Assembly (NCBI RefSeq): GCF_964188315.1
Contig: NC_135664.1
Span: 39,184,001-39,248,000 of the forward strand
From: Podarcis muralis
Lineage: Eukaryota
Direction: 5' to 3'
DNA length: 64,000 nt
The notes under the pieces were generated by a model. It was not told the origin of the DNA, made no database searches, and was given only the letters and a program-made list of their open reading frames with translations. Below are positions 1-12,595 of this stretch, one piece after another. The position numbers and the translations under genes are program-made. Every line of letters begins with the position of its first letter. The first letter of the stretch is position 1.

Positions 1-943
1 CATGGTGGGGCAGCACCACTCACCAGACGCTCCTTTGCCTCTAGTGCTGCTGCTGCTTACCAGGAGGTAGAGGAGAGAGGCAGGATTGGGAACATGGTGC
101 AAATGCACCAGAAGGCACACTAGATTGGCTCTGCCAGTGTGTTTGCACTGTGCTGACTTCACCACTGCCACTTCTCTCCTTCTTTTCTATCTCGCAGTAA
201 GCAGACCAGGTGAGCAATGGTACCCATCATGAAGCTCACTACTGCTACAGCCTCAGTCAAATTGATACTCCAAGCTATTATTAGCTGTATATTTCTTATG
301 AAGGTACTTCCTTTCACATGCCTCACTGGAAGAAAGAACATTAGACATCAGAGGCAGAGCCGGCTGGGTCTTCTCCCCTTCCACATCTAGAAACCCATAA
401 AAGAATATGTCTGTAAAACCCTCTGGTTTTTATTGAGTCTAACCTTTTTAAAATGCTGTAGAATCGTGCCTGTTCCCAGAATTATGTGTACTTTTTTCAC
501 AAAAGAAACTGTAATTAGATGGTTAAAAAGAAAATTGGAGGAGGAGGAGGTGCAATTGTTGAAAATTAAACTCTTGCTTTCCTTGAATCAACGCTGCTTT
601 CATCAACTTTACCCTTTTATTGCTAGAAAAGGAACAGAATAGCATTAATTGAGTAGGAGATGCATTAAGGAAAGAAAATGGTAACTTATATTCCTTTAAT
701 TCAAAAAGGTTTATGAAGGTATTGATGAGTTTGGGAATGGGCTTTTGCAGTTAATGGACAGCTAAATGAAGGGCCCAGTTACTAACTGTCAGGAAATTCT
801 GACCCAAATGCCAGCTATACTTAAATACCATGCCATTTATAATGCTAATGTAATTGCTAAATAGATGTATATATTTGAAGGAGAGGTGTAGGGAAAGGCT
901 GAAGTTTACTGGCATGGAAGCTTGTGCACAGTGGTGTTGATGG

Positions 944-1219
944 CATGCCCTCCAACATTTTTGTCGGGATGTCAGGAAGGACGCACCTTCCCTTCCAGCT
1001 CTCTGTTGCTCATCAGCAGGGTCACATCAGAGTGCTGGGCCTTCAGCAATTTGGCATAACCCTGCTGATTCATGCCAGAGTGGACGTCTTTTGGTCCGGT
1101 GCTGTCGTGCAAAGACTCACAATGGAACAATGTGAGAGGGAATGGGACATCCAGGCTGCAGGATTGGCTTCTGTGATTCTGGGATGTCCCACTTAAAATG
1201 GGACAGTTGGGTGTGTATG
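944..1219. mobile_element. Degenerate MITE (hAT-like) with internal hairpin
   Basis: Imperfect TIRs CATGCCCTCCAAC / GTTGGGTGTGTATG and an internal 11-bp inverted repeat ATCAGCAGGGT/ACCCTGCTGAT. No clean TSD. Confidence 0.45.
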
Positions 1220-2467
1220 TGACGGGGCATAAGGCAGGGTAGACAATGAAGAACATGGGTAGCCAGAGCCAGGGGTCACAACAGGTAGAACCACTACTCC
1301 CTGCTCTTTTTTTCTAATGATCTGTGCCTTTAATGATCGCTTGGCATGGTGGAATTAACTGGTGAAGGGAAGTACATTTAAATGATGTTTTAAAAGACTT
1401 CTGTTTGTGGCTGAGTGACTGACAGGTGATGAATTATAACAGCAGGGGAGATTGACTTATTTTGCCCGTAGGAGTGGCCACCATTGGTTTACTCTGAATG
1501 GGCATGCAGGGAATGAATGTGGAGTTGAGGATATGTGAAGCCCACAATATCTTCTCCAAAATACCAACACTTTTTACAAGGGCATGATGTACTCTAGTCA
1601 AGTTATTTTTCTTTTTCCTCTTTCTGTTATTTTAATTTTCTTTTTGTTACAAATATGTATAGGTACCTGTTTATGGAAAATTATATTAAAATATACATAT
1701 ACTCTAGACAAGGAACAGATCCTTCTTAATTCTAGTGCAGTTTCATAACTTATAGATTGTTATTTGTTTCTGCAACAAAGAGATACAGCTTGAGAGGAGA
1801 ATGAAAAATGGGTTACAGATCCTTTCATGTAGCTCATAGCTAGTGTCACAAATGAGGCCATATTTTTCTGAAAGATGATCAATAATAATAGCAACCCGAA
1901 AGCACTGAAATACTAACTGTGATTTTAAAGAACACATTTAGAAACCGTTTGGGAATGTATACATTGTGACAAATTGTTTACTTCGTTCTAACAAGATTTC
2001 TCCCCAGGTGACGCAATTAGGAATGAATCTATAAAGTGAATTGATCAGTAAAAGGCCAGCTACTTAAAAAAAAAGTTACATATGGAAAATATTAGCAACA
2101 GGATGACAACATGTGTGTGCATGAAACCCTAGGGACATATCTAGAATCATGAAAGGAGGTACACCCAAGACTCAGAGATCTGTAGTACCACTAAAAATAC
2201 AGATGTTTTATCTGTAGGGCATATGAAAAAAGAAAATGTTTTGCTTGCTCATCACACATTTCATAATACATACAGTAGTGGACTGCATCTGTGTATTTCT
2301 GTGGAATACTGTTCCACACCTGAGAATTTTGGCACAGATTTATTCTCCAGTTGAGATTATTCATAAATTAGAATTAAAACAAGTAAACTTTTGGTAGAAA
2401 TTGCACCAAATCTGAGCTAACATAAGTCAAAATTTGAAAAGCCATATTGCCTACAAACTACTGTTGG

Positions 2468-2605
2468 CAGACTGAAGAGAATATTGATAAGTATTAGAGC
2501 ACTCATGCTTCAAATACCTGAAGGGCTGTTACATGGGAGAGGTCAATAATTTACTTTCTGCTGCCCCAGAAAGCAAGACTGGATTGAACAGGTTTAGGTC
2601 AGAGG
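2468..2605 (+). mobile_element. Old CR1 LINE fragment
   Basis: CTTCAAATACCTGAAGGGCTGTTACATGG resembles the CR1 ORF2 3' region and the better copy at 50455-50901. Confidence 0.55.
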
Positions 2606-2649
2606 AGGATCAGCGAAAAGAAAGAAAGATTGCCAGGGGAATCTTACTT

Positions 2650-2885
2650 GGGCCTCATCTGCACATTTAAAGCAGTATCACATTTAAAGCAGTATCATAA
2701 CACTTTAGCCTGTCACAGCTTCCCCCAAACAATCAGGGGAACTGTAGTCTGTTATGAGTGCTAAAAGTTTTTGGGAGACCCCTGTCCCCCTCTGAAAGCT
2801 ACAATTTCCAGAACTTCCTGAGAAGAGGGACTGGTGGTTAAACCACGTGGAGAATTGCAGCTCTGTGAAGGGAATACTGTAGTTT
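2650..2885. mobile_element. Palindromic lizard MITE, left part
   Basis: Terminus GGGCCTCATCTGCAC, then CTTCCCCCAAA...GGAACTGTAGT. Related pieces at about 36750-36838 and 38458-38640. 17-bp tandem duplication CACATTTAAAGCAGTAT near the start. Confidence 0.55.
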
Positions 2886-3774
2886 TTTGCACTGAAGGAG
2901 AAACAGGAACTTGGATACATTTACTTAAGCAAGGAAGAGAGTATTGAAATATGCAGGAGGTTGCGCATATAATTGTGTGTATGCATATATATACCCAGAC
3001 ATTCACCTTTTGGGTCATGCAGTTTAAGGCACAAATTCCCAGCTGAGGATGACAAAAAGCAAAAAGGGCAGAGATGTTAAGAGCGTATCCTTTAGAGGAT
3101 GCTACTGAATACACTAGATCCATATGGAGGACATTACTAAGAAACCTTTATTTGGGCTATTTATTTTAACAAGTATTCTTTGCTTTATGGAGGGAAATGA
3201 TCTCTATTAGAGTTCCGCATATAATTTGCATTGTTTGTAGAACAGGAAAAAATGAAACATTTGACTGGAATACATTAACTCTGTAGAATCCTACTATCTT
3301 AACTTCACATTATACCTGCAATACACAAAGTCCCATGTTCACTAACACTTTTTTAATGGATAAATTGGGGGAAATGTTTTTTTATTAACATTCTTGAGCT
3401 GAATGGGTATATTATTATTGGTGGTTCATTTAATATTGGGATTAGGACTAACATTAGGGTTGTACTATTGAAATTATTGTGTATTTTACATTTTCCTGCA
3501 CTTTCCCAAAACCCTTGATGGCATTTTTTGTTCTGACAAGCTTTCCCAGCTCGATGAATAGGACTCTGCCATGGCTGTCTACTTTGTATTTTGTTTAAAT
3601 GTTCCTGCTGTTATTTTCGGTATTGTTTCTAACTATTCTTCATTGTTTAAATGTTAATCAGTATGTACAGCATTATGCTATGCAGGCTTGCTGTGTAGAA
3701 CAGCTGTCATGTGAAGGAAGCTTCAAGTGGGAAATTGACTTTGGTAAGTTTAACATCCAAGTACACACGCAAGC

Positions 3775-4135
3775 GGGACGCGGGTGGCGCTGTGGGTAAA
3801 ACCTCAGCGCCTAGGACTTGCCGATTGCATGGTCGGCGGTTTGAATCCCCGCGGCGGGGTGAGCTCCCATCATTCGGTCCCAGCTCCTGCCCACCTAGCA
3901 GTTCGAAAGCACCCTTAAATGCAAGTAGATAAATAGGTACCGCTTTATAGCGGGAAGGTAAACGGCATTTCCGTGTGCTGCTCTGGTGCCGGTCGCCGGA
4001 GCAGCTTTGTCACGCTGGCCACGTGACCCGGAAGTGTCTGCGGACAGCGCTGGCTCCCGGCCTCTAGAGTGAGATGAGCGCAGAACCCTAGAGTCTGTCA
4101 AGACTGGCCCGTACAGGCAGGGGTACCTTTACCTT
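3775..4135 (+). mobile_element. Sauria SINE, full length, CpG-rich subfamily A
   Basis: Head GGGACGCGGGTGGCGCTGTGGG, (ACCTTT)n tail, 13-bp TSD TACACACGCAAGC at 3762-3774 and 4136-4148. Confidence 0.95.
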
Positions 4136-4147
4136 TACACACGCAAG

Positions 4148-4277
4148 CAGGACTTTCTTTCAGCTGAAACTCACCGGAACTCAACACCTCTCAGGTGGGC
4201 ACCATTGCCATTATAAGAGTACAAGGGAGGCATTCATGGTGAGTTACGCTACCTCTTTTTCTAGAAAAATAGTACTG
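4148..4277. mobile_element. hAT-type MITE
   Basis: Same family as 15398-15556 (CAGGACTTT...GAACTCAC...CTAGAAAAA.AG.ACTG). Degenerate 8-bp flanks CACGCAAG/TATGCAAA. Confidence 0.6.
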
Positions 4278-4339
4278 TATGCAAACATCTGACTGATCCT
4301 ATAGTTAAAAACAAAAAAGATCTTCTGTGGTACATGACA

Positions 4340-4714
4340 GGTAAAGGTAAAGGACCCGGGATGGTTAAGTCCAGTCAGTGGTGACTATGGGGTTGCAGTG
4401 CTCATCTCACTTTCAGGCTGAGGGAGCTGGTGTTTGTCCACAGACAGCTTTCCAGGTCATGTGGTCAGCATGAGTGAACCGCTTCTAGCGCAACAAAACA
4501 CCGGACAGAAGCCAGAATGCATGGAAATGAGTTTACCTTTCTGCTGCAGTGGTACCTATTTATCTACTTGCACTGGTGTGCTTTCATACTGCTAGGTTGG
4601 CAGAAGCTGGGATAGAGCAACAGGAGCTCACTCCATCGTGCAGATTCGAACCGCCGACCTTCTGATTCGCAAGCCCAAGAGACTCAGTGGTTTAGACTAC
4701 AGCGCCACCCGCTC
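4340..4714 (-). mobile_element. Sauria SINE, subfamily B
   Basis: GGTAAAGGTAAAGG tail on the left and CAGCGCCACCCG head on the right; body collinear with the other copies. Confidence 0.92.
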
Positions 4715-4779
4715 ACCATAATGACAATGAGAATGAGTGGCTGAATATGTACTTTTACCCAATGGACTTTGATTCAGCC

Positions 4780-5046
4780 GAACCGCTGTAGTTGCTGCCT
4801 CCTCAAATTTTCATAGAATTCAACATATCATTTTCTTCATGCAGATGACACAAAGCTCATTGAAACCAGTAAGAGTTGCACAAGCGTACTTCTGCGCTCT
4901 TTTGCAATTCCAGTATAGAATTTCCTACTGGAAGCCCTGAGAATCGCCACAGATATGGGACAAAGAAGTGAACCACTGTAGTTGCTGCTCCTCAAATTTT
5001 CATAGAATTCAACATATCATTTTCTTCATGCAGATGACACAAAGCT
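4780..5046. repeat. 77-78 bp near-identical direct repeats flanking a 112-bp unique segment
   Basis: 4780-4857 and 4970-5046 differ by one substitution and one 1-nt indel. Confidence 0.9.
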
Positions 5047-6366
5047 AAAGAGTCTTGATTATCTGCAGATGGGGCAATGTGTCAATGATGGAGCATGCAC
5101 ACACATAACACATGCAACATTCTTGGAAGAGGGTGTAGAGCCCACAAATGAATACTACACAAATATTTATCTGAAAAGATTAAACTTTTTAATTATCTTC
5201 CTCTCGTTGAAATAAACTATTTTTCACAGTTATTTGGTGCAACAATAAGTTCTGGCCATTAGAAAATAAATAAAACAAAGAAATTAAAGATTTCAAATTA
5301 GCACAGTGTCTTCTTGAAATGAAATATACTGCAATTTTTACATTGTTATGTCGGATAGCACCAATCGCTCTGAGGAGTTTGCATAAACGGATTATTCTCT
5401 TAGTATTTCCTTCAACTTTCTGCTGTTTACCTGTGTCTGTAGTGGCCTGTGGCTTCACCATTTTCAAAGGAAATCGACATCTGAGTGAGCTTACCCTACG
5501 TACTTAAGCCTAAGGAAAGAGCACAGCAAAATCATAATCTGTATATTGCAGTCCTGCTGTTCTTCAAGAAGTAGAACTCAATAGTCTTTTTCAAGGGCTT
5601 CCCCACCCCCCTGTGTGACAGAATGAGGAGACGCCATCTGACCCCAGAAAATTACAGGTTAACAACTCAGGCTTACACAAATACTTCAGGCTGGGGGCAT
5701 AACAGCAGTTGCTTTATGAACAGGAGGAGGCAACACTTTCAGAAGAAGGCCAGGCTCTGAACTCCAGGCACTGCATTTGAAAATCGAAATTGGAGGACAT
5801 GGGGGTTACCTTCCCTGATGTTTTTCTGAATCTTGTCCTTTTAAAATGGCATACGCTCCCCCCCCCCACAGGGAACTATGTTGAAAGAATGGGCAGTTGT
5901 GCTTCCTTACCGGCTTATACTTATTTTTTTAAAGCTGAAGGCTGACTTCAGTAGGACTTTGGTAGTAAAACTGTGACCACATTGCAGCTTGTATTGCCCT
6001 TTTTTAAAAAAACCATATTGCCCTTTTTTTAAAAAAAAAAAACCAAAGCGGACAAGCAGCATTTAATCTCTAATATATTCAGTGGTGGAAAAGTGTTCCT
6101 TTTTCTTTCTTATATATATTTCATTATTTATTAATTATGTAGTAGCAGTGAAAACGAGGGAAATTCAGAAAAGCCCTTGGTTTAAGAAGACAAGGTATTT
6201 TCACAATAATTGCCATTCTTAGAAAATAGATGCAATCAATAATCATATTCTCCTGGAAATAAACTTCCAGTAATACATGTTTAGCAGAATACACGTCACT
6301 CCAAAGAATATGGGTTATCTGTTATCTTCTCCAAACCTATTTAAAGGTGTAGAATGCCAAGAATAT

Positions 6367-6502
6367 GCAGGATAGTTCAGTCGATAGAGCATGAGACCCT
6401 TAATCTCAGGGTCAAAGGTTCAAGCTGCATGCTGGGCGAAAAGATTCTCAGGGGGTTGGTCTAGATAGCCCTCCTGGTGCCTTCCAGTTCTATGATTCTA
6501 TG
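6367..6502 (+). mobile_element. tRNA-Lys-derived SINE with CR1-like 3' tail
   Basis: GGATAGTTCAGTCGATAGAGCATGAGACCCTTAATCTCAGGGTC...GGTTCAAG is a decayed tRNA-Lys (A/B boxes), followed by GGGGGTTGGTCTAGAT...TTCTATGATTCTATG, the CR1 3' end motif. Confidence 0.8.
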
Positions 6503-7615
6503 CATTCAGGAATTCTAAAGTAAGAAAAAAAAACCAAAGTACAATGTAGTTCAATGTCAAGTCCAAAGTGAGACCCATCCATAAACAAAATAATAATAAT
6601 GAAAATACTCTCACAAGTAGACAGCAGTTGAACTGTATCATATTTCAGTGTGGCTCAAAAAAAGGGAGGTTCCCAAATGTGAGCTAACAGAGGTCCTGTT
6701 TATTTGAAAGTTCTACATGAGTTTCTGCCTGGTGGTACTTATTCTCCAGAGTTGCCTTAAGACTGGATTAATCATACATATTCACACATAGAAAGAGACA
6801 GACAGACAGACACTCCTGTCCCCGCTGCTACTGTACCATGTTAGTAAAGCAAAATGTAGTTTATCTTAGAATCAAATAGTCCAGTGCAGAGCATCTGAAA
6901 GATCCTTGTCATTGTGCTTTACTGATTCACTGTGCCCATTGGAACATAACAGGAAGAGATCAGTATTTGCTAACAGGAGTCAGGGGAGCAGAAAGGCATT
7001 ATTGTCTGCTGCTTCTCCTTTAACAGTGACGGCAAATTTGACTGTGATCCATTGAGAACACAAAGACATGATTGCTTCCCGAAACAGAAACAAAATCAGT
7101 GAGCACAATAAATAAGCTGTCTGACCGGCAGTCCAAAATTCAATTATTCTGAGTCTTGAAAAGGCTTTTGGAAAAATTGAGCTCTTTAGCCTGAAGCTCT
7201 CCAACTTTAAAGAGAAACACGTGGGTGTATTAAAAAATAAATAAACACACAATGAGAATTTTCAAGATTACAAAGGCATTGTTTCAATTAGAATACATGG
7301 AAGAAAACATATTTGCCAGGTGAAAGCCCGTTTGTGTTACCCCAGCAAAGATTGTTACTGGGTGACAAAGTTGTGATTATGGGATCAGAACCATTAAAAG
7401 CAACAACAACAACAATAACAACACAAGCAGTTAGGAGTATAGGACAGTGATAATATACGTAACTCATATCAGGGGGAGCAGAAGCAAGGTAAATCTAAAA
7501 CTTTAATGAACGTTCTTAGTGACTGCTTGCAGCTGTTCAGGAATAACCAATGTGATAAACTCCAGGTGTTTGGGGGCTTCATCTCACATCAGCTTCAGCC
7601 AACATTGTCCAAAAG

Positions 7616-8047
7616 CAGTAGTGATGTATGGAAGTGAGAGCTGGACCATAAAGAAGGCTCATCGCCGAAGAATTGATGCTTTTGAATTATGGTGCTGGAG
7701 GAGACTCTTGAGAGTCCCATGGACTGCAAGAAAATCAAACCTATCCATTCTTAAGGCAATCAGCCCTGAGTGCTCACTGGAAGGACAGATCGTGAAGCTG
7801 AGGCTCCAGTACTTTGGCCACCTCATGAGAAGAGAAGACTCCCTGGAAAAGACCCTGAGGTTGGGAAAGATGGAGGGCACAAGGAGAAGGGAACGACAGA
7901 GGACAAGATGGTTGGACAGTGTTCATAAAGCTACCAGCATGAGTTTGACCAAACTGCAGGAGGCAGTGGAAGACAGGAGTGCCAGGCGTGCTCTGGTCCA
8001 TGGGGTCACAAAGAGTCAGACATGACTAAATGACTAAACAACAACAA
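7616..8047 (+). mobile_element. Bov-B (RTE) LINE, 5'-truncated
   Basis: Translation VVMYGSESWTIKKAHRRRIDAFELWCWRRLLRVPWTARKSN...LQYFGHLMRREDSLEKTL is the Bov-B RT C-terminus; (CAA)n tail. Confidence 0.95.
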
Positions 8048-8058
8048 AGGCTGTTGGC

Positions 8059-8197
8059 CAGAAGTGGGGAACCTTGGGGTCCTCCAGAAGTTGCTAAACT
8101 CCAACTCCCATCAGCCCCAGCAAGCATGGGCAGTGTGTTTGAGATGCTGGGAGCTGTAGTTCAGCAACATCTGGAAGGCCAAAGTTCACCATGTCTT
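8059..8197. mobile_element. Short palindromic hAT-type MITE
   Basis: CCTCCAGA...AACTCCCATCAGCCCC...GGGAGCTGTAGT...CATCTGGA. Same family as 25690, 27384 and 61148. Confidence 0.7.
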
Positions 8198-9320
8198 CTG
8201 CTAGGGACCTCTATGAAAAACTTTTTATGTTTTCTTCACCTTTTGAATTTTATCATTTACATAACACAAGAACTTCAATTACATAACACAAGAACTTCAC
8301 GACCAGTTCTGATCAAGGTAAAGAAGACTGACATTCTCATACTGATTTCAGGTGACCAGCCAAATCCTTGGGTATAATTGCCTTAATTGTAATTCCTGTA
8401 TTTTGCCCACAAATGCCATGGAAGATCTAAAGATTTGGTGGCAAATTACACCTTATGAACTAACCATTTTCACTACCACATTCCCAGAGGGAGGGGAAGC
8501 CATCAACACTGACATGCCTATGATGGTTAATTTGGTTGAATTATTCTGGTTGCAGATTCTATAGTTGTTATATTTTAATACATATAACCTGTTACCCGTC
8601 TACCTTGTCTCAAGCCTTCTTGAGCATGTTAGCAAAACCCCTTTGTTTTAGATAGTTTTGGTTTCATTCAAGATTGCGGAAGAAAAGGGGCGCCGACTCT
8701 TCTCTATGAACATCTTCCTAGCTTGGAGTTTTAAACCACTTTGCCTTTCTCTTGTTTTATTGTTCTAATGTAATGATAAATGCTTTCAAACTCATTTGAG
8801 GTTACTCGAATGAGCTACTCCTCGCAAAATATGCAACTAAATAAATGAATGAGATTCTTTACATTTTATTCTTCTAGCAATGCAGAAGAGAAAGTTGTTG
8901 AACTAGCAGTTTGTGATGCTGCTGACATGAGGGATATTATCTTTTCCCTTCAGATGGTCTGCATCCTTTGATAATAAATAAGGCTCCCATCTCTAAGAAA
9001 TATGATGCCAAGGATGTAAGAAGATAAGTCAAATATTTATCATTTTACTTAGATTATCCTCTAATGGTCACGATAGGGTTTTTTCCCCCACACATCAGCT
9101 TTTTGTAGCTTTTTGAATGCATTTTCTCAGAAGAATTGAAAAACTGCTGGGAATGCAGTGAAACTTTTGAGGGAAAGTTTGACATTTATTTCACAGAGAA
9201 ATAAATGTCCACTTATTTTGGAGAATCCACACAACACCCCCACACCAACTAGCAGTTCTATTGTAAGGAAAATCACAATCCTTTCACAGAGGGAATGGCT
9301 TCACTTCCTCCATGCTAATA

Positions 9321-9641
9321 TAGGGGTCAGCAAACTTGTTCAGCAGGGGGCCATTTCACTGTCCCTCAGACCTTGTGGGGGGGCGGACTATATTTTGAAA
9401 AAAGAAAAGAAAAGAACGAATTCCTATGCCCCACAAATAACCCAGAGATGCATTTTAAATAAAAGCAAACATTCTACTTATGTAAAAACACCAGGCAGGC
9501 CTCACAAATAACCGAGAGATTTAAATAAAAGGACACATTCTACTCATGTAAAAACATGCTGATTCCTGGACCATCCACAGGCTGGATTTAGAAGGTGATT
9601 GGGTCGGATCTGGCCCCCGGGCCTTACTTTGCCTACCCATG
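9321..9641. mobile_element. hAT MITE
   Basis: TIRs TAGGGGTCAGCAAA / TTTGCCTACCCATG; 8-bp TSD TGCTAATA/TGCTAACA; internal ~60-bp tandem duplication at about 9429-9557. Confidence 0.85.
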
Positions 9642-9769
9642 TGCTAACACGTAAAACTAACCTTCTTTGGTCCCCTTTAGTGATTTTAGAACAACCTATG
9701 CCAGGACTTACATTCCCACTCAAAAGGCAAACGTGTGTCCCCAGGAGGTCTGTGAAAACCACTCAGAAT

Positions 9770-10215
9770 ACACTCTGGGGAAATGAACTTGATAGACCAG
9801 TTTACATCAGTTTTCAAAGTTTCTCATTTTTTTCAATCTTAGATTCAATTCTACACATTTCTGCAACAATTTGCAATTTAAATTTAAAAAGTCTCCTGAA
9901 AATTCACCAGCATCTTAGTGCAAATTTCTATGAAGAATCATGCCTTTCGAAGCAGTATTTATTAAAATACATAATTTTGTTAGTGGTTTTCCATAATATA
10001 ATACTTTTTTGTGTGCTATTTTCACTCATATGTGCATCTTAATGCACACTTTACTGGAAAAACACATTTCTGTACACTCTGCTTGGCTGGAGAACTTCAT
10101 TGCAAAATTCAGAGAAGTGCAATTTTCAAAGGGTGGCTGTTTTTCAGTTCACATATTGTGTCAAAAAGTGCAAATTTGGTAACTTTGCTTGTTAACTTAA
10201 AAATTCTCCCCATCC
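9770..10215. mobile_element. AT-rich lizard interspersed repeat (MITE-like)
   Basis: Resembles a common lacertid repeat and a related piece at about 24030-24215. Boundaries approximate. Confidence 0.35.
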
Positions 10216-11607
10216 TTCACTGACAAACTATTATTATACACATGGTATGGGGATGGGAGAGGAATTTGGGAGGTGTGCATTCCAGAGAAGACTGACCTAA
10301 TCTCCACCTCTGAGAACAATGTATTGTTGAGACTATGGCCCATTTCTGGAATCTACATCTCTCCATACTCCTCCACAAGGTGGTCTGAAAACTTAAGCAT
10401 TTTCCCTCTTTCTTTAATAGGTACTAGAAATAACCTTGGGAGCTGCACAAAGGGCCAAAAAAGTCCCTGTGAGCCACCATTTTAATTATCTTTCCATGGA
10501 TTGCAGCCAAGCAATGTCTCAGTGCTTCTAAAAAACACACCCTAGTGCTTCTCCAAAAAATACCATAGTGTGTAACTCAACCCTGATTATGGTATTTGTT
10601 CTTGGAGACACACATTGGACAAAGGGAACCCCTTCCGGTAATATGAAGTGGTCTTAGGGTTTTCGTTTTTCAGTAACTCAGCCTGTACAACCAGAATATG
10701 CCATAAAGTTCACAATCAAAAGTTACCCATAGGAGTGTCTGAAAGGAAAAACAAGCCGATTTGGTTGTTGGCTCTTTTACATGATACAGTAAATATAATT
10801 TCTTGTTAACACATTTTAAAAGAAGGATGTGTTTGGTGGTAAATGTTACACACACACACAAACACACACACACACTTAACACTTTTTGTGTTAAAAACAT
10901 TTTCCCCCTATAATTTTGCTTGTGTTTCCATAGTAGTGATTAATAATTATGAGACATAGGGAATTGGCAGGCAAATATCTTCAAGGAACAGTATAGCTCA
11001 TGCTGTACTCTTGAACATACAGCATTGAATCTTTCAGCATATCTTGTTTATATGTGCAAATATTCAGTTTTTATATTTACTGTCATTCTGTTCAAGTCAT
11101 AATAACCCTTTAGAAACAAGGTCCTTTGGGCAATCAGTTTATTTGTTTCTTCAGCAAATCTACAATCTAGGTAGTTTGCCATGAGCACAGTGGCTGCACA
11201 ACACTATCTCCCTGTGAACATGTACACATTTCAACATTAGTGTTTGACTTGTATTTTATGTTGTTCTACAAATGGGTTTCTTAGCTACCCTTAAATGTCT
11301 GGCACTAATGGTCCCACCGAATGAATTGCTGCGAGGGCAAAAAAGTTATGTACGGTTGAAAGCAAGGACGACTGCACAAATGCATCATTAAAATGTGTGG
11401 CTTTTTGCCATTCACCTCAAGCAGATCCAGAACATTCCATTGGCAAAGTCACAAATGTCAAAAAACAGTGCATGGGCAGCAACCAACATCACTATTTAAA
11501 TCATGGAAACATGACACAGATTCCATATGTGGCTTAAAATGAGAAATGCAATGGTGACTGGACTGTAGGTGATGAGCAGAGGGGATTCTGCTGTGCATAG
11601 CCTAGAG

Positions 11608-12023
11608 TAGGGATGTCCAACAGGTCGATCGTGATTTACTGGTAGATCCCTGCAAGGTTTTGGTAGATCACGGTTGATCTCTGGCTCCCTTTAGCGTCGC
11701 TAAAACTGACTCCTGCCCTGCCCCCTCGCCTCGTCCTCCATTGTTATTTGATCTTTGGAAGGGAAGACGGAACTTTCTCTGTGCTGCTGTTTTCATCCAT
11801 AGCGATCTTTTTGTGAGTGACTTTATCCCTTTGTCCCTTGCCTTTAACCCCCCCCAAAAAGTATTTTATTTTATTTTATTTTAATCCCTTAAAAAGTGGG
11901 TCTTTCCTCCTCCCCCCATAAAGCTCCACAACTTTGAGCTGAACCCCCCAAAACAGGGGTAGATCACTGCCAGTTTTTAATTCTGAAAGTAGATCACAGT
12001 CTCTTGAGAGTTGGCCACCCCTG
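11608..12023. mobile_element. hAT MITE
   Basis: TIRs TAGGGATGTCCAAC / GTTGGCCACCCCTG; 8-bp TSD GCCTAGAG/TCCTAGAG; subterminal GTAGATC repeats. Confidence 0.85.
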
Positions 12024-12544
12024 TCCTAGAGAAATGTGAGTTATCGTGAACATCACTATCTGAATGAATGCCACATGGCATATATAGGATCTTGTGTATG
12101 TGTGACTATATAATTCTAAACCATTTGGCCCCATCTGCACTATGCACGTACAGCATGATGACAGGGTGGCCATTAAACAGCAAGCTGCTTAGCAGAGGAG
12201 GGAAGGCCCTTCATGGAGTGGTTTGGTAAACACAGCTGCCATGAAGTTTAACAGACAGGGGAGGCACTTCAGAAAACCCTCCCCCCTTTAAAAGGGGTTG
12301 GCAGTGGGAGTAAGCTGTGAGAGGTGGTATTGTGAGAGGGGAGGTGGTATTGTGAGCTGTGAGGGATGGTGAAAAGGAAGGAGGGTTGATCATGCGTAAA
12401 TGGATCCCAGTCGTAGGAGAAGTGGGATTGGAGGGCAGGCAGGGTTGACAAGCGAAGTGAGCAGGGGCAGCCACCATTCATGTTCAGTCAGTTCATGGTT
12501 TGGTCAGTTTACTTTATTGCTGTGAAGAGGCTGAGTGTGGTGTG

Positions 12545-12545
12545 T

Positions 12546-12589
<44 letters not shown>

Positions 12590-12590
12590 T
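12545..12590. repeat. (TTTC)n microsatellite
   Basis: Directly visible. Confidence 0.98.
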
Positions 12591-12595
12591 CCTGT

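Noticed and set aside
5189-5467. IIRLCKLLRAI resembles a voltage-sensor S4 helix
   Set aside because: Too short, with no neighbouring transmembrane segments or exon boundaries in that frame.
6367-6440. Possible tRNA-Lys gene
   Set aside because: Disrupted acceptor and T stems and a fused CR1-like tail indicate a SINE.
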